A stretch of 50,255 nt of DNA from Patescibacteria group bacterium. Its GTDB lineage: Bacteria; Patescibacteriota; Minisyncoccia; Moranbacterales; JAKLHP01. A model generated the notes under the pieces. The model searched no databases, was not told where the DNA came from, and saw nothing but the letters and a program-made list of their open reading frames with translations. The position numbers and the translations under genes are program-made. Location: positions 1 through 50,255 of the forward strand of contig JAZDKA010000049.1 of assembly GCA_043803385.1 (NCBI GenBank), given 5' to 3'. Positions 8,861 through 18,757 of this stretch are shown here, one piece after another. Position 1 is the first letter of the stretch. Each line of letters starts with the position of its first letter.

Positions 8861-10674
8861 AAACCCTTAATTATTTGATTGAATTCATCTTTTTCTATCG
8901 TTTCTTTTTCAAGAAGTGTCCTGGCTATTTTTTCCAGCACTTGATTTTTTTCTTGGATAACCTTTGTTGAATTTTTGTATGCTTCATCAATAAATTGATG
9001 GACTTCTTTATCAATAGCTTCCGCCGTATGCTCGGAATAATTTTTTTCTTCGCTTATTTCTTTCCCAAGAAAAACAAGTTCTTCTTTTTTGCCGAAAGTT
9101 CTCGGTCCGAGCCCGCTCATCCCATAGCGAGTAACCATTTCTCTCGCTATATGAGTGGCTCTTTCGAGATCATTGGAAGCCCCGGTTGTAATATCGTTGT
9201 ATTTTATTTTTTCACTCGCATAACCACCCAGAAGAACAGCCAGTTCATCAATAAAATATTCTTTTGAATGAAGCCTTTTATCTTCAGTCGGAACTGCCAG
9301 AGTATATCCGCCGGCTTGGCCCCTGGAAATAATGGAAACTTTTTGGACAGGGTCAGCATTCTTCAGCTGTGACGCAACAAGCGCATGTCCGGCTTCATGG
9401 TAGGCAATAATCTCTTTTTCTTTTTCGTTTATTACCCTGCTTCTTCTTTCCGGTCCGAGAATCACTTTTTCAATTGATTCCGTAAGCTCTCTCATATCTA
9501 TCACTTTCTTTCCTCTTCTGGCTGAAAGTATTGCCGCTTCATTCACCAAATTAGCAAGATCAGCACCTGAAAATCCCGGAGTTCTTTCCGCTATTGTCCT
9601 TAAAACAACATTGCTAAAGAGAGGTTTTCCTTTAACATGAATTTTTAAAATTTCTTCTCGTTCATTAATATCAGGCAAATCCAGGACAACTCTTCTGTCG
9701 AATCTTCCGGGACGAAGCAGCGCCGGGTCAAGAACATCAGGGCGATTGGTTGCGGCTACTACAATTACATTTGTCTCGCTTTCAAATCCATCCATTTCCA
9801 CCAGTATCTGATTCAGTGTCTGCTCCCTTTCATCATGCCCTCCTCCGAGTCCCGCGCCTCTATGCCTGCCTACTGCGTCAATTTCATCTATAAAAACAAT
9901 AGCTGGAGCATTCTTTTTCGCTTGTTTAAATAAATCCCTAACTCGGCTTGCTCCAACCCCGACAAACATTTCCACGAATTCTGAACCGCTAATATTGAAA
10001 AATGGAACGCCAGCTTCCCCTGCTACCGCTTTAGCCATTAGCGTTTTTCCTGTTCCTGGAGACCCAAGAAGAAGAACTCCTTTTGGAATTTTCGCTCCTA
10101 TGGACAAAAACTTTTTCGGAAATTTTAAAAAGTCAACTACTTCGCAAAGCTCTTCCTTGGCTTCTTTGGCTCCGGCCACATCAGCAAAAGTTATCCTTTT
10201 TCTTTTGTCTTTCGGGTCAATCATTCTGGCTTTGCTTAGGCCGAATGAAAGTGCCTGCGAATTCCCTCTTTGCGCCTGGCGCATCATAAACCAGATAAAA
10301 CCAGCGATTAAAATAAAAGGAAGAAGAAATGGAAGGACAGTGCCGACCCAAAAACCAAGAGAGGATTCTCCCTTCACATTGATATTTAATTTTTGCAAAT
10401 TTTCAGTATCTACTCCATAGTTTTTGAGCGAGTCCGTAAGAGAACTATCAGTTTCTTTGGTAGCTTTCTGTTTGCTTCCATCCTGAAGCTCGACCTGCAA
10501 ATTGTTGCTTTCAACGGTTATTTGTTTGACTTTCCCATCATTAATTTCAGCCACTAGCTGACTAAGGTTAATTGTCTCCGTTTTTTGAGACGGTGAATTA
10601 TACAGGATAAATATTCCTGAAATAATGAGAAAAGTAATTATGATAAGGCTTATATTCTTTATCAATTTTTCCAT
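8857..10674 (-). CDS. ftsH: ATP-dependent zinc metalloprotease FtsH
   Basis: Two N-terminal TM spans, Walker A GSPGTGKT, the AAA second region of homology, and the zinc motif HEAGHA. Confidence 0.95.
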   Translation of the reverse strand: MEKLIKNISLIIITFLIISGIFILYNSPSQKTETINLSQLVAEINDGKVKQITVESNNLQVELQDGSKQKATKETDSSLTDSLKNYGVDTENLQKLNINVKGESSLGFWVGTVLPFLLPFILIAGFIWFMMRQAQRGNSQALSFGLSKARMIDPKDKRKRITFADVAGAKEAKEELCEVVDFLKFPKKFLSIGAKIPKGVLLLGSPGTGKTLMAKAVAGEAGVPFFNISGSEFVEMFVGVGASRVRDLFKQAKKNAPAIVFIDEIDAVGRHRGAGLGGGHDEREQTLNQILVEMDGFESETNVIVVAATNRPDVLDPALLRPGRFDRRVVLDLPDINEREEILKIHVKGKPLFSNVVLRTIAERTPGFSGADLANLVNEAAILSARRGKKVIDMRELTESIEKVILGPERRSRVINEKEKEIIAYHEAGHALVASQLKNADPVQKVSIISRGQAGGYTLAVPTEDKRLHSKEYFIDELAVLLGGYASEKIKYNDITTGASNDLERATHIAREMVTRYGMSGLGPRTFGKKEELVFLGKEISEEKNYSEHTAEAIDKEVHQFIDEAYKNSTKVIQEKNQVLEKIARTLLEKETIEKDEFNQIIKGL

Positions 10675-10710
10675 AAGATATTTTGGCTAATTCTTAATAA
10701 TTTTATAACT

Positions 10711-11664
10711 TTATTGCTTTTCTATGGTCAGTTTATCACCCCCGCGAGTTAATTTCAACCCTTTAAATAATACGGCCTGATTTTTGCTTTTAGTGCTCTT
10801 CAGAACTTTCAGCAATTCTTTCACATTAGAAATTTCAATATCTCTTAGGCTTCCCCTTTTTTCTTCAATAGCTTTCAAAATTATTCTTTTTTGGATAGCC
10901 GGATGTAGTTTTATAATTTCATTTGTTTTTAAAGCTTTGGTTTTTTTGAATATTTTTTCAGCAAAGCTAGAAATAAAATCGAGATCATCACTTATATTCA
11001 AAGAAGATTCAAGAATTGTTTTTTTGATATTGGGATTGAAATTTTTCTCAAGATACGGAATCAATTTATTCCTGATTTTATTTCTGAAAAACTTATCCGT
11101 CTTATTCGTCTTATCCATCCTATATTTTAACCTGTTGCTCTTCAAATATTCCAAAATTTCTTTTCTGGAAATTCCAAGAAGCGGCCTGATAATATTATTA
11201 CTTTTATATTTCATCCCGGAAAGTCCTTGAAGCCCCGCCCCGCGAAGAAGATGAAGAAAAAAGGTTTCTACCTGGTCGCCTTGGTTATGCGCCACCGTAA
11301 TATAATCAAAAGCTAATTTTTTCCTTGTCTTTTCAAAAAAATCATAGCGGATATTTCTTAAATTTTCTTCCGTAATCTCATTTTTCTTTAATTTATTTAC
11401 CTTTAATGCGCTTAATCCGAGCTGATATTTTTCAGCTAATTTTTGGACAAATTTTTCATCCTTTTCTGAATCCTTTCCCCGAAGCCTGTAATTTACATGA
11501 GCAATATGCAGCTCAATGTCATATTTTTCCTTTATTTTAGCCAAAATGTCCAAAAGGCAGGCACTATCCGGCCCACCTGAAACGCCAACAATAATCTTCG
11601 AATCTTTTTGCCAAAGATCATTAAGACTGGCAGTATTCTGGATGTTTTTAATCAGATTTTTCAT
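10711..11664 (-). CDS. tilS: tRNA(Ile)-lysidine synthase
   Basis: PP-loop SGGPDS near the N-terminus; tilS-ftsH adjacency is a common synteny. Confidence 0.85.
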   Translation of the reverse strand: MKNLIKNIQNTASLNDLWQKDSKIIVGVSGGPDSACLLDILAKIKEKYDIELHIAHVNYRLRGKDSEKDEKFVQKLAEKYQLGLSALKVNKLKKNEITEENLRNIRYDFFEKTRKKLAFDYITVAHNQGDQVETFFLHLLRGAGLQGLSGMKYKSNNIIRPLLGISRKEILEYLKSNRLKYRMDKTNKTDKFFRNKIRNKLIPYLEKNFNPNIKKTILESSLNISDDLDFISSFAEKIFKKTKALKTNEIIKLHPAIQKRIILKAIEEKRGSLRDIEISNVKELLKVLKSTKSKNQAVLFKGLKLTRGGDKLTIEKQ

Positions 11665-11781
11665 TCCCAGTAGTAGAATTTTGACATTTCAAAAACATAA
11701 TTATAACATCAAAATTCCAAAGCAGATTCTATTTTATTTATTAACTTACTTAAATTTGGGCAAAGCCCAGTCAAAATTTCA

Positions 11782-12345
11782 CTACTGGGCATTTAATTTA
11801 GATTTTATAAAATCCATCACTTTTTTAAATACTTCTTGAATGGAAAGATTAGTAGTATCTAGCACAAAATCATAATTCTTTTCATTTCGTATGTTTATCC
11901 CATAATAGTTTAGATACCTTCTGTCATCACGTATTCTTCTTTCCACAATACTTTTTAAAACTTTTTCTTCGGAATCTAAGCTATTCCCTTCATTCCGCTT
12001 ATTTTCCTTTTCCAGTTCTTTAAAAATTCTTTTAGCTCCTTCTTCATCACTAACTTTCAAATATATTTTTAAAGATTCAGGAATAAAGTGCCATAAAGTT
12101 CTGGTTTCAATTACTATATCTTTATGTTTTTTTGTCAGCTCAATTGCATAACTATCGACCTGCTTATCTGTTTCGGGACTTTCATCGCATAATTTGTGAA
12201 ATTCCTCCAGCGTTATTCTTTTTTCTTTCGCTATATCACGAAATATCTGACCCATATAAAATCTTGGATAGCCAAGTTCTTTGGCTATCATTTTAGCGAT
12301 TGTACTTTTTCCGGAACCGTGATCCCCGTTGAATGTAATTATCAT
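11782..12345 (-). CDS. cmk: Cytidylate kinase-like (d)CMP kinase
   Basis: P-loop GDHGSGKST at the N-terminus; located directly upstream of rpsA (conserved cmk-rpsA synteny). Confidence 0.7.
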   Translation of the reverse strand: MIITFNGDHGSGKSTIAKMIAKELGYPRFYMGQIFRDIAKEKRITLEEFHKLCDESPETDKQVDSYAIELTKKHKDIVIETRTLWHFIPESLKIYLKVSDEEGAKRIFKELEKENKRNEGNSLDSEEKVLKSIVERRIRDDRRYLNYYGINIRNEKNYDFVLDTTNLSIQEVFKKVMDFIKSKLNAQ

Positions 12346-12423
12346 AGCTTTATCTTTTTAATTATCTTTTGATTATAATCAAAAATGGACGCGCTGTCCA
12401 TTCTCGAAAATTATCATTTTCTC

Positions 12424-13821
12424 TTATTTTTCTTCTTTTTTAACCTTTTTTGCTTTTTTCTCTTTTTTACCTGTCAAAGCTTTCTTGTCCGCCAAAGCTT
12501 TAGCGTCAGCAGAAGCGGAAGCTGGCTTTTCTTCAATTTTTTCCTTCTTCTTCTTTTTCTTTTCGGTTTTTTTCTCTTCTTTTTTGTCTTTTTCGCCGGC
12601 CTTAATTTCTTCCGTATTAGTCGGCGTTAAGTCTGCGCTAGTCTGTGATTTGATCAAGATGAGACCCATTCGATGTTCTTTTGGCTCAATGGAAAGGATT
12701 TTCCAATCATAAATTTCTCCTTGAGCAAGCACGTCCTCCATTTTTTTATCCGGATAAATTTCCCGGAATTCGCTCACGTGAGCCAAACCATGGATATCTT
12801 TATCCAAATATACGAAAGCTCCGAAAGGATTAATTTTATCAACCTTTCCCTTGACTGTATCTCCCACTTTATATTTCTTTCCAATTTCGCTCCAAGGATC
12901 TTTTTTGAGAGCTTTTATAGAGAGCGAGATCCTGGTATCATCTATTCCGATAATTTGCGCTTCGACTTTATCTCCGGTTTTCACCACTTCCCTCGGATTG
13001 TCAATCAACTGCCAGGCTAATTCTGAAATATGGACCAGCCCTTCCAATTTGTCGGCATCGTTAGTTGAATCTCTTTTGGCGGGAGGCAGAAATTTAACAA
13101 AAGCTCCAAAATCAACTACCCCGCTTATTTCTCCTTCAACTACGTCTCCGACTTGAAGTTGAGAAACAACTTTTCTTTCTTTTTCGCTCATGGCGGCTTT
13201 TTCGCTAGCAATAAGTTTCTCCGATTCCCTATCGGCATCGATTATTTTTACCTGAATTTCTTTACCCACTAATCTCTTGAGAAGTTCCAGGATCTTATTC
13301 TTGTCTCCATCCTCTACTCGAGGATAATGTTCGCTGGAAAGCTGGGAAACAGGCAAAAATCCATTAATTCCGTTAATTTCAATGATAAGACCGCCTCGAT
13401 TAGCATCAAGAACTTTCGTATTAACAATATCCTGGGTATCTTTTTTTGATTCCAAATCATCCCAAGATTTTCCATAGCAGGCTTCTCTTATTGAAAGCTC
13501 GACATAACCGTCTTCATTTTCCAAATCAACAAGTGTTGCATTCACAATATCATCTTTTTTAATTTTGCTTGTTCCAAGTCCATCTTTTACTTCTTTGCCT
13601 AAAACAATTCCAGTTCCCAGATGTCCCAGATCAAGAAGAATGTAATTGGAATAAATTTCAATTACTTTTCCTTCCAAAATATCTCCGACATTAGGAATTT
13701 GTACCGGATTGTCATTAAGAAGATCTTCCATCGAAGATTTGCTCCCAGTTTTGCTTTTTACTTCCTTATCTTCTTTTATTTTATCAACTTCTTCGGCCAA
13801 TTTGTCTAAAATATTCGCCAT
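12424..13821 (-). CDS. rpsA: 30S ribosomal protein S1 with a Lys/Glu-rich C-terminal tail
   Basis: Repeated S1/OB motifs (GDILEGKVIEI, GDVVEGEISGVVDFGAFVKF, GDTVKGKVDKINPFGAFVYL). ATG at 13821 preferred over the TTG at 13860. Confidence 0.85.
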   Translation of the reverse strand: MANILDKLAEEVDKIKEDKEVKSKTGSKSSMEDLLNDNPVQIPNVGDILEGKVIEIYSNYILLDLGHLGTGIVLGKEVKDGLGTSKIKKDDIVNATLVDLENEDGYVELSIREACYGKSWDDLESKKDTQDIVNTKVLDANRGGLIIEINGINGFLPVSQLSSEHYPRVEDGDKNKILELLKRLVGKEIQVKIIDADRESEKLIASEKAAMSEKERKVVSQLQVGDVVEGEISGVVDFGAFVKFLPPAKRDSTNDADKLEGLVHISELAWQLIDNPREVVKTGDKVEAQIIGIDDTRISLSIKALKKDPWSEIGKKYKVGDTVKGKVDKINPFGAFVYLDKDIHGLAHVSEFREIYPDKKMEDVLAQGEIYDWKILSIEPKEHRMGLILIKSQTSADLTPTNTEEIKAGEKDKKEEKKTEKKKKKKEKIEEKPASASADAKALADKKALTGKKEKKAKKVKKEEK

Positions 13822-14022
13822 TTTATTACATTCAGCGATTGTGCCAATTCGCCTAATCAATTATTAAAAGCACAAAAAAATTTCCTAAAGATAGGAAATT
13901 ATTAAGAAATTAGACCGAGATTAAATCATCTCGAATATTCAATTTTCCTAATAATTAACCTTAAAACCAGTTTAACACACTATTTTTACTTTGGCAATAG
14001 ATAGATGGAAAATAAGTGTCGG

Positions 14023-14054
14023 AATACGTATTAAAGTAAGTATTAAAAAATATT
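14023..14054 (+). repeat. Direct repeat, left copy, flanking the 14.0-19.0 kb cassette
   Basis: AATACGTAT-TAA-AGTAAGTATTAAAAAA-TATT; 29 of 32 aligned positions match 18987-19017. Confidence 0.6.
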
Positions 14055-14064
14055 GAGCAAGCCA

Positions 14065-14092
14065 ACAAAAAACCAGCCCACGGGAGGCTGGT
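14065..14092 (-). terminator. Rho-independent terminator of the cassette operon
   Basis: On the minus strand: ACCAGCC-tcccgtg-GGCTGGT followed by TTTTTT. Confidence 0.75.
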
Positions 14093-14105
14093 AATTGTTC
14101 AACTT

Positions 14106-14942
14106 TTATACAAGGCTATATTTCATAAGCAAATCTCTGCAATCTATTGAGCTACAATTATCTCCTATAATTTTTTCACTTATGGTTCCTTTTTTGATAT
14201 GGCATTCTATCCCATTCTCTCTGCAAAATTTTATGACCTTATATGCCGATTCATTATAGAATTTTTTATTATCCTTAAAGTAGCTCACGATACTATTGTA
14301 ATTCCATTTTCCGAAAACTATCTTATCCACAAAGCTTATCTCTTTTAGAATTTTTTCAATATCTTGCCGAACAAAGTTAGCAGTTGGATACGGTTCCATA
14401 CTCACCCATGTTTTAAGGCCATTATTATGCAAAAATTTTAAAGCTTTTATTCTTTCTTTTACGGGAGCAGCAAACGGTTCGTGCTTTCTCTTAAATCCTT
14501 CGGACAAGGACACTATCGTTGAACCATATTCATTTTCTGATCCGTAGATTTCTTTTTTCGCCAATTGTTTTGAATAAACACCTTTGCTAATGCAAACGGA
14601 TTTTATCTTGTCCTGATTTAACCTTTTGATAACTTTCAAGCTCAAATCTATAATTTCTTCTTGTTTATACATAAATGGATCAGTCGCAAAACACATATAA
14701 ACATATTTTATATCATGCTTGTATTTGGGAATTTCTTTGTCTAGCAACTCAAGTGTATTTTCAACTATCTTAGGAGTTCTCCATTCTTTATAGCTATTGA
14801 TAATTCCGCAACGTTTTTTCATCATCATCGCGTAGCAAGGATATGTGCACCCATGAGAGCATCCTTCGGCATGATTCAGCCCATAATCGGCATACTCAAC
14901 ACCGCTTTTGTATAACAATGTTTTTCTTTTTATTTTCTGCAT
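14106..14942 (-). CDS. Three-Cys-motif radical-SAM-like protein (SplB/COG1533-like or Gp37/Gp68-like)
   Basis: NHAEGCSHGCTYPCYA gives C-x3-C-x3-C, one residue longer than the canonical C-x3-C-x2-C. Sits directly downstream of a TcmP-like gene. ATG at 14942 preferred; a TTG at 14960 is possible. Confidence 0.6.
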   Translation of the reverse strand: MQKIKRKTLLYKSGVEYADYGLNHAEGCSHGCTYPCYAMMMKKRCGIINSYKEWRTPKIVENTLELLDKEIPKYKHDIKYVYMCFATDPFMYKQEEIIDLSLKVIKRLNQDKIKSVCISKGVYSKQLAKKEIYGSENEYGSTIVSLSEGFKRKHEPFAAPVKERIKALKFLHNNGLKTWVSMEPYPTANFVRQDIEKILKEISFVDKIVFGKWNYNSIVSYFKDNKKFYNESAYKVIKFCRENGIECHIKKGTISEKIIGDNCSSIDCRDLLMKYSLV

Positions 14943-14965
14943 AAGCAAATTATAGCACAAAAAAA

Positions 14966-15799
14966 CTACAATCTAAATTTTTGCTGTCCGTCTAACTCTT
15001 TATTAAATATGTGGGACATTATTTTCTTTCCAGCTGGATGGTGAGTTGCTAAAATAAAATGATATAATGCCTTACCCCCTCTTAACCTTTTTCTTATTTG
15101 TTTGTATTCTACATAATCAAAGCCTAAATTTTTCAGATTGTTAATATAAAATTCTAATAATTTATTTTTCTTTTCACTTGGTCTTAAGATATTTTTGTCA
15201 TTATAGATTTCTGACCACTTATTAGTACCATAAAATTTATCTAATTTATTGCTATAATCTCTAGTTAATCTTACTAATGCCATATCGTAGGGATATAAAA
15301 TAAGAAGTTCCGCTTTTTTTATTTTTGATAAATATTTGATAGTTTCCCAGTCTAATTCTGGACCCTCTGGATCTAATAAAATTAAACAGCCAGTATATTG
15401 TGAAATATATTTATAAATATTCCTTAGGAGCAAGTTTGAATCAGTTTGCTTAATTAAAATTTTCTTTCTTTTTTCTAAATCTACTTCTTCATTTATAAAT
15501 TTTTCCAAATTTTTAATGTTTTTATTTTCAATTTCTATAAAAATATAACCCGTAAAATCTTTCTTTATTTTAAGAGATATCAATGCTGAGCCATCAACAA
15601 CTTTGCCCTTTCCACACTTAATACATCTGCAACCCCCTTTTGATGAACATTTCTGTTCACATAAAATACATTTACCAGTACCGGCAAAAGCATCAATATA
15701 AAATTTCCTTGGCAATCTCTTGGTGGCCACTAAATAGGCTTCGATATATTTTCTAAAATATTCCAATTTTTCTACCGTGTGCTCTTTTATTCTTCGCAT
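14966..15799 (-). CDS. tcmP: Three-Cys-motif partner protein TcmP-like (methyltransferase-fold-like)
   Basis: N-terminal HTVEKLEYFRKYIEAY...FYIDAFAGTGKC and a later LLDPEGPE fit my recollection of the TIGR04474 family pattern. Cys-rich insert CILCEQKCSSKGGCRCIKCGKG. Confidence 0.6.
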   Translation of the reverse strand: MRRIKEHTVEKLEYFRKYIEAYLVATKRLPRKFYIDAFAGTGKCILCEQKCSSKGGCRCIKCGKGKVVDGSALISLKIKKDFTGYIFIEIENKNIKNLEKFINEEVDLEKRKKILIKQTDSNLLLRNIYKYISQYTGCLILLDPEGPELDWETIKYLSKIKKAELLILYPYDMALVRLTRDYSNKLDKFYGTNKWSEIYNDKNILRPSEKKNKLLEFYINNLKNLGFDYVEYKQIRKRLRGGKALYHFILATHHPAGKKIMSHIFNKELDGQQKFRL

Positions 15800-15996
15800 A
15801 TATAATAGTCTAATAATACAGTGATATTATATCACTATAATATATCTTTGTCCTGTGGATAACTTTTTTTAGAAGTTTAAAAAAGCGTAATAAAGGGATT
15901 TTTTTGGATTTTTATTTATTTGTAATTTTTACTATTTTTGTAAATATTATTAACCAGTTTTATAAATTAAACCACTCTATTCGTATTAGAATAATT

Positions 15997-18492
15997 TTAT
16001 TTTAATAATTGATAATCAAATAATTTTGGCTGGATTTTTGTCTCGTAATATTTATTAAGTTTTGTCTTTAAAGCTAACAGTTTTGTATTTAATTGAGGAT
16101 AATCATAAACCGTCGTTTTATTCTCGTCTTTAAAGCTAGTATTAAGCTCGTTATCTATTTGATATGTCCCGTAAGTATATTTGGAATTGTAGTTTTTTGT
16201 CTTCTTCGCTTCATTTAATACTTCTTTAAATGAAGCTAGAAGTTCTTTCTCTGCTTCTGAAAGCTTAAATGATTTCAATTTTTCAATGGCAATAGTCTTA
16301 CCGTCAAAACATAATTCATTTCGGTAAAATCGGCCATCGGAACCATTAAATGATCTGCACTTATTAAAGTATGATAAACAAGTGTAAATCAAACAAGACT
16401 TTAGAAAATTATCGTCTCTCTTGTAATTATCGCCTCCATCGGAAGTCTTGAAGATAACTCCACTCTCCCACCACTTTTTACCAGAGTCATACTTTCCAGC
16501 ACAAAATAATGGTAACTTCTCAAAAAAATTATTAGTACGTAAATAAAAACCATGTTCGGCATACACTAATGTTCTAACTAGATTTGTTGAAAGTCGAGGA
16601 TGTTCAAATCCGAAATCTTGTGCAACCAAATATCCGATTATGTTGTAATTATAAAGTGGCTTTAATCTTGAATAACTTTTTCCCGACTCGTATCCACTCC
16701 AATCTAAGATTACCCCATTATTCATGTCATCCTCACAAATCGTTTTGTCATAATATGCACTAAGATTTTTATAAACCTTTTTAATTTCGACTTTCCCAAT
16801 TTTAACAACACTAGCTTGTGGCGACTGCGGATCATTCTGATCGTTTATATCGAAAATATCTAGCTCATAACTATCTCTTTCTTCTTCTTCAATATTTTGC
16901 CACCATACACATGATATGGCAGACCTGGAAGCGTGAAAGTAGTCGCGATTAAATATGCAACCGGTATGCATTCTCTTACTTATTAAATGGTGGGATTTAA
17001 AATACTTTGGAGGACTAAATATTATAGCGCTGTCATTTGGTTTCAATAAATAGTATTTAAATGCCGACCAAATAAATATATTAGCTAAGTCATTGCTTGA
17101 ACGACTATTTATTTCGGGATTTTGGGATATATCTAGTTTCATTTGCTCGGAGGCAAAGGAAGATTTCCAAGAAGTTTTAATACCCTTACTTGCGGGATTA
17201 TTCATAACTGCCCCAACATCACTGTATGGCGGATTCTCGAATAAAATAATATTAGTTTTTTTATTTTTGATAAAATTATTTAGCTCTACAATAGAATTAA
17301 TATACTCTTTGCTCATCTTAATTTTTGTTTTTCCTAGTATAAACTGCTCACTAAGAGCATCACCACCATTGACTAAGGCTTCTTTACCAGAAATTTCACT
17401 TGGTGGCGGAATAATCATTTTTACTTTATTGCCAAAACGTCCATTTAAAACAACCCATTCTTTTAATTCATAAGTGTTTACAATGGTATGTGATAATTCA
17501 TTATCAAAAATATAATCGTGAATATTTATTTTTGTTTTATATTTTTCTAGTTTACTTATGGTTATTTGATTAAAATCACTATGTTTAATAAGAGGAATAA
17601 TATTTGCTTTATCTTTTAAATATTTATCGACAAATTCATCTGACAAATATTTTCGCAATTCGCTGATAGTAATGTCGTTTACTTGTTTTTCAGTCAAAAA
17701 TTCCAAAAGATTGCCTGTACCCGCGCAACGGTCAAGGATAATATAATCATGATCCTTTGGAATCTGCGCAATAGCTTTGCGAACAAGTTCGGTGGCTTTT
17801 TTACAATAAGCAGGCGGTGTATAAAAAGCGCCTAGTTCCTTGCGGTGCATCTTATCGTTCAAAAGATCCATTATATATTTGAAATCTTTTTCCTTTCCTT
17901 TCCACGGATAAATTAACTTTTTAAAGTGCTTTGGCTCGCGAAATTCTTCGAAAAGTTTAATTTTGGTTGCTTTAGGATTTTCGTTATAAAAACGATTAGA
18001 CCATCCGACAACATCATAGATGTCAATTGTTATTTTGATAAAATTGTTTGTTTGAAGTAGCTCAGTGATACGTTGAATGCCGGCAGGTTTGTCATATTTA
18101 ATGACTTCTGGTTTTATTGCAGTACTAAATTCGTCGTTGCCCTTACTGGCAGCACCAATAAAAGGCGGGCGGTTTATGTAATCACGGGCAAAATCTTGAG
18201 AATTAAACAGGTAGGCAATTTCTTGATTTAGATCTGTCAATAAGATGTTAGCCGGAATGCTAACGCCCTTGATGCGCATATGGTTAAGATATTTTAGCGC
18301 TTGAAAAAGCGCTGTATTGATATTGTTGATATTAGGCTTGAACTCAAATATATTTCCGTTATAAATACCGTCGGTGTTATTACTAAGTTCGGTGTCCGTA
18401 ATCCCAAATTTTCTAAAAAATTCAATTTGACCATCACGTTCAGATAGAAAGTTATTCCCGGATTTTAATAATTTTCTTGTCATAAATTTCAT
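15997..18492 (-). CDS. MmeI-like Type IIG/IIL fused restriction endonuclease / N6-adenine DNA methyltransferase
   Basis: N-terminal FFRKFGI...DGIYNGNIFEFK (D-x8-ExK nuclease motif), GAFYTP, motif I DRCAGTGNLL and motif IV FENPPYS. ATG at 18492 is preceded by AAGAGGAAA. The tracked ORF extends to 18669 through regulatory sequence. Confidence 0.7.
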   Translation of the reverse strand: MKFMTRKLLKSGNNFLSERDGQIEFFRKFGITDTELSNNTDGIYNGNIFEFKPNINNINTALFQALKYLNHMRIKGVSIPANILLTDLNQEIAYLFNSQDFARDYINRPPFIGAASKGNDEFSTAIKPEVIKYDKPAGIQRITELLQTNNFIKITIDIYDVVGWSNRFYNENPKATKIKLFEEFREPKHFKKLIYPWKGKEKDFKYIMDLLNDKMHRKELGAFYTPPAYCKKATELVRKAIAQIPKDHDYIILDRCAGTGNLLEFLTEKQVNDITISELRKYLSDEFVDKYLKDKANIIPLIKHSDFNQITISKLEKYKTKINIHDYIFDNELSHTIVNTYELKEWVVLNGRFGNKVKMIIPPPSEISGKEALVNGGDALSEQFILGKTKIKMSKEYINSIVELNNFIKNKKTNIILFENPPYSDVGAVMNNPASKGIKTSWKSSFASEQMKLDISQNPEINSRSSNDLANIFIWSAFKYYLLKPNDSAIIFSPPKYFKSHHLISKRMHTGCIFNRDYFHASRSAISCVWWQNIEEEERDSYELDIFDINDQNDPQSPQASVVKIGKVEIKKVYKNLSAYYDKTICEDDMNNGVILDWSGYESGKSYSRLKPLYNYNIIGYLVAQDFGFEHPRLSTNLVRTLVYAEHGFYLRTNNFFEKLPLFCAGKYDSGKKWWESGVIFKTSDGGDNYKRDDNFLKSCLIYTCLSYFNKCRSFNGSDGRFYRNELCFDGKTIAIEKLKSFKLSEAEKELLASFKEVLNEAKKTKNYNSKYTYGTYQIDNELNTSFKDENKTTVYDYPQLNTKLLALKTKLNKYYETKIQPKLFDYQLLK

Positions 18493-18757
18493 TTTCCTCT
18501 TGATTTTATGGGACTTTTTTAGTATACTATACTTAAGAATAAATTTTATGCTTTCTAATAAATCGTTTATTTCTAGACTATCATTTATATTATTATTTTG
18601 GCAAATTATCTTGACAGAACAGTTTCTTTCAGGTAAAATTCCTTTAGGAATTTTACCTGAACAAATCATTAACCGCTTCGGCGGTTTTTTATTATTTACT
18701 TTGATAATCCCCCGGTTAAATATTGTTGAAGTAATTTAACGGGGCAAGCTTAACTGC

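Noticed and set aside
12385-12712. Plus-strand ORFs 12385-12630 and 12485-12712 encoding Phe/Leu/Ser-rich low-complexity peptides
   Set aside because: They are the antisense image of the Lys/Glu-rich C-terminal tail of rpsA. They have no start context and no motif.
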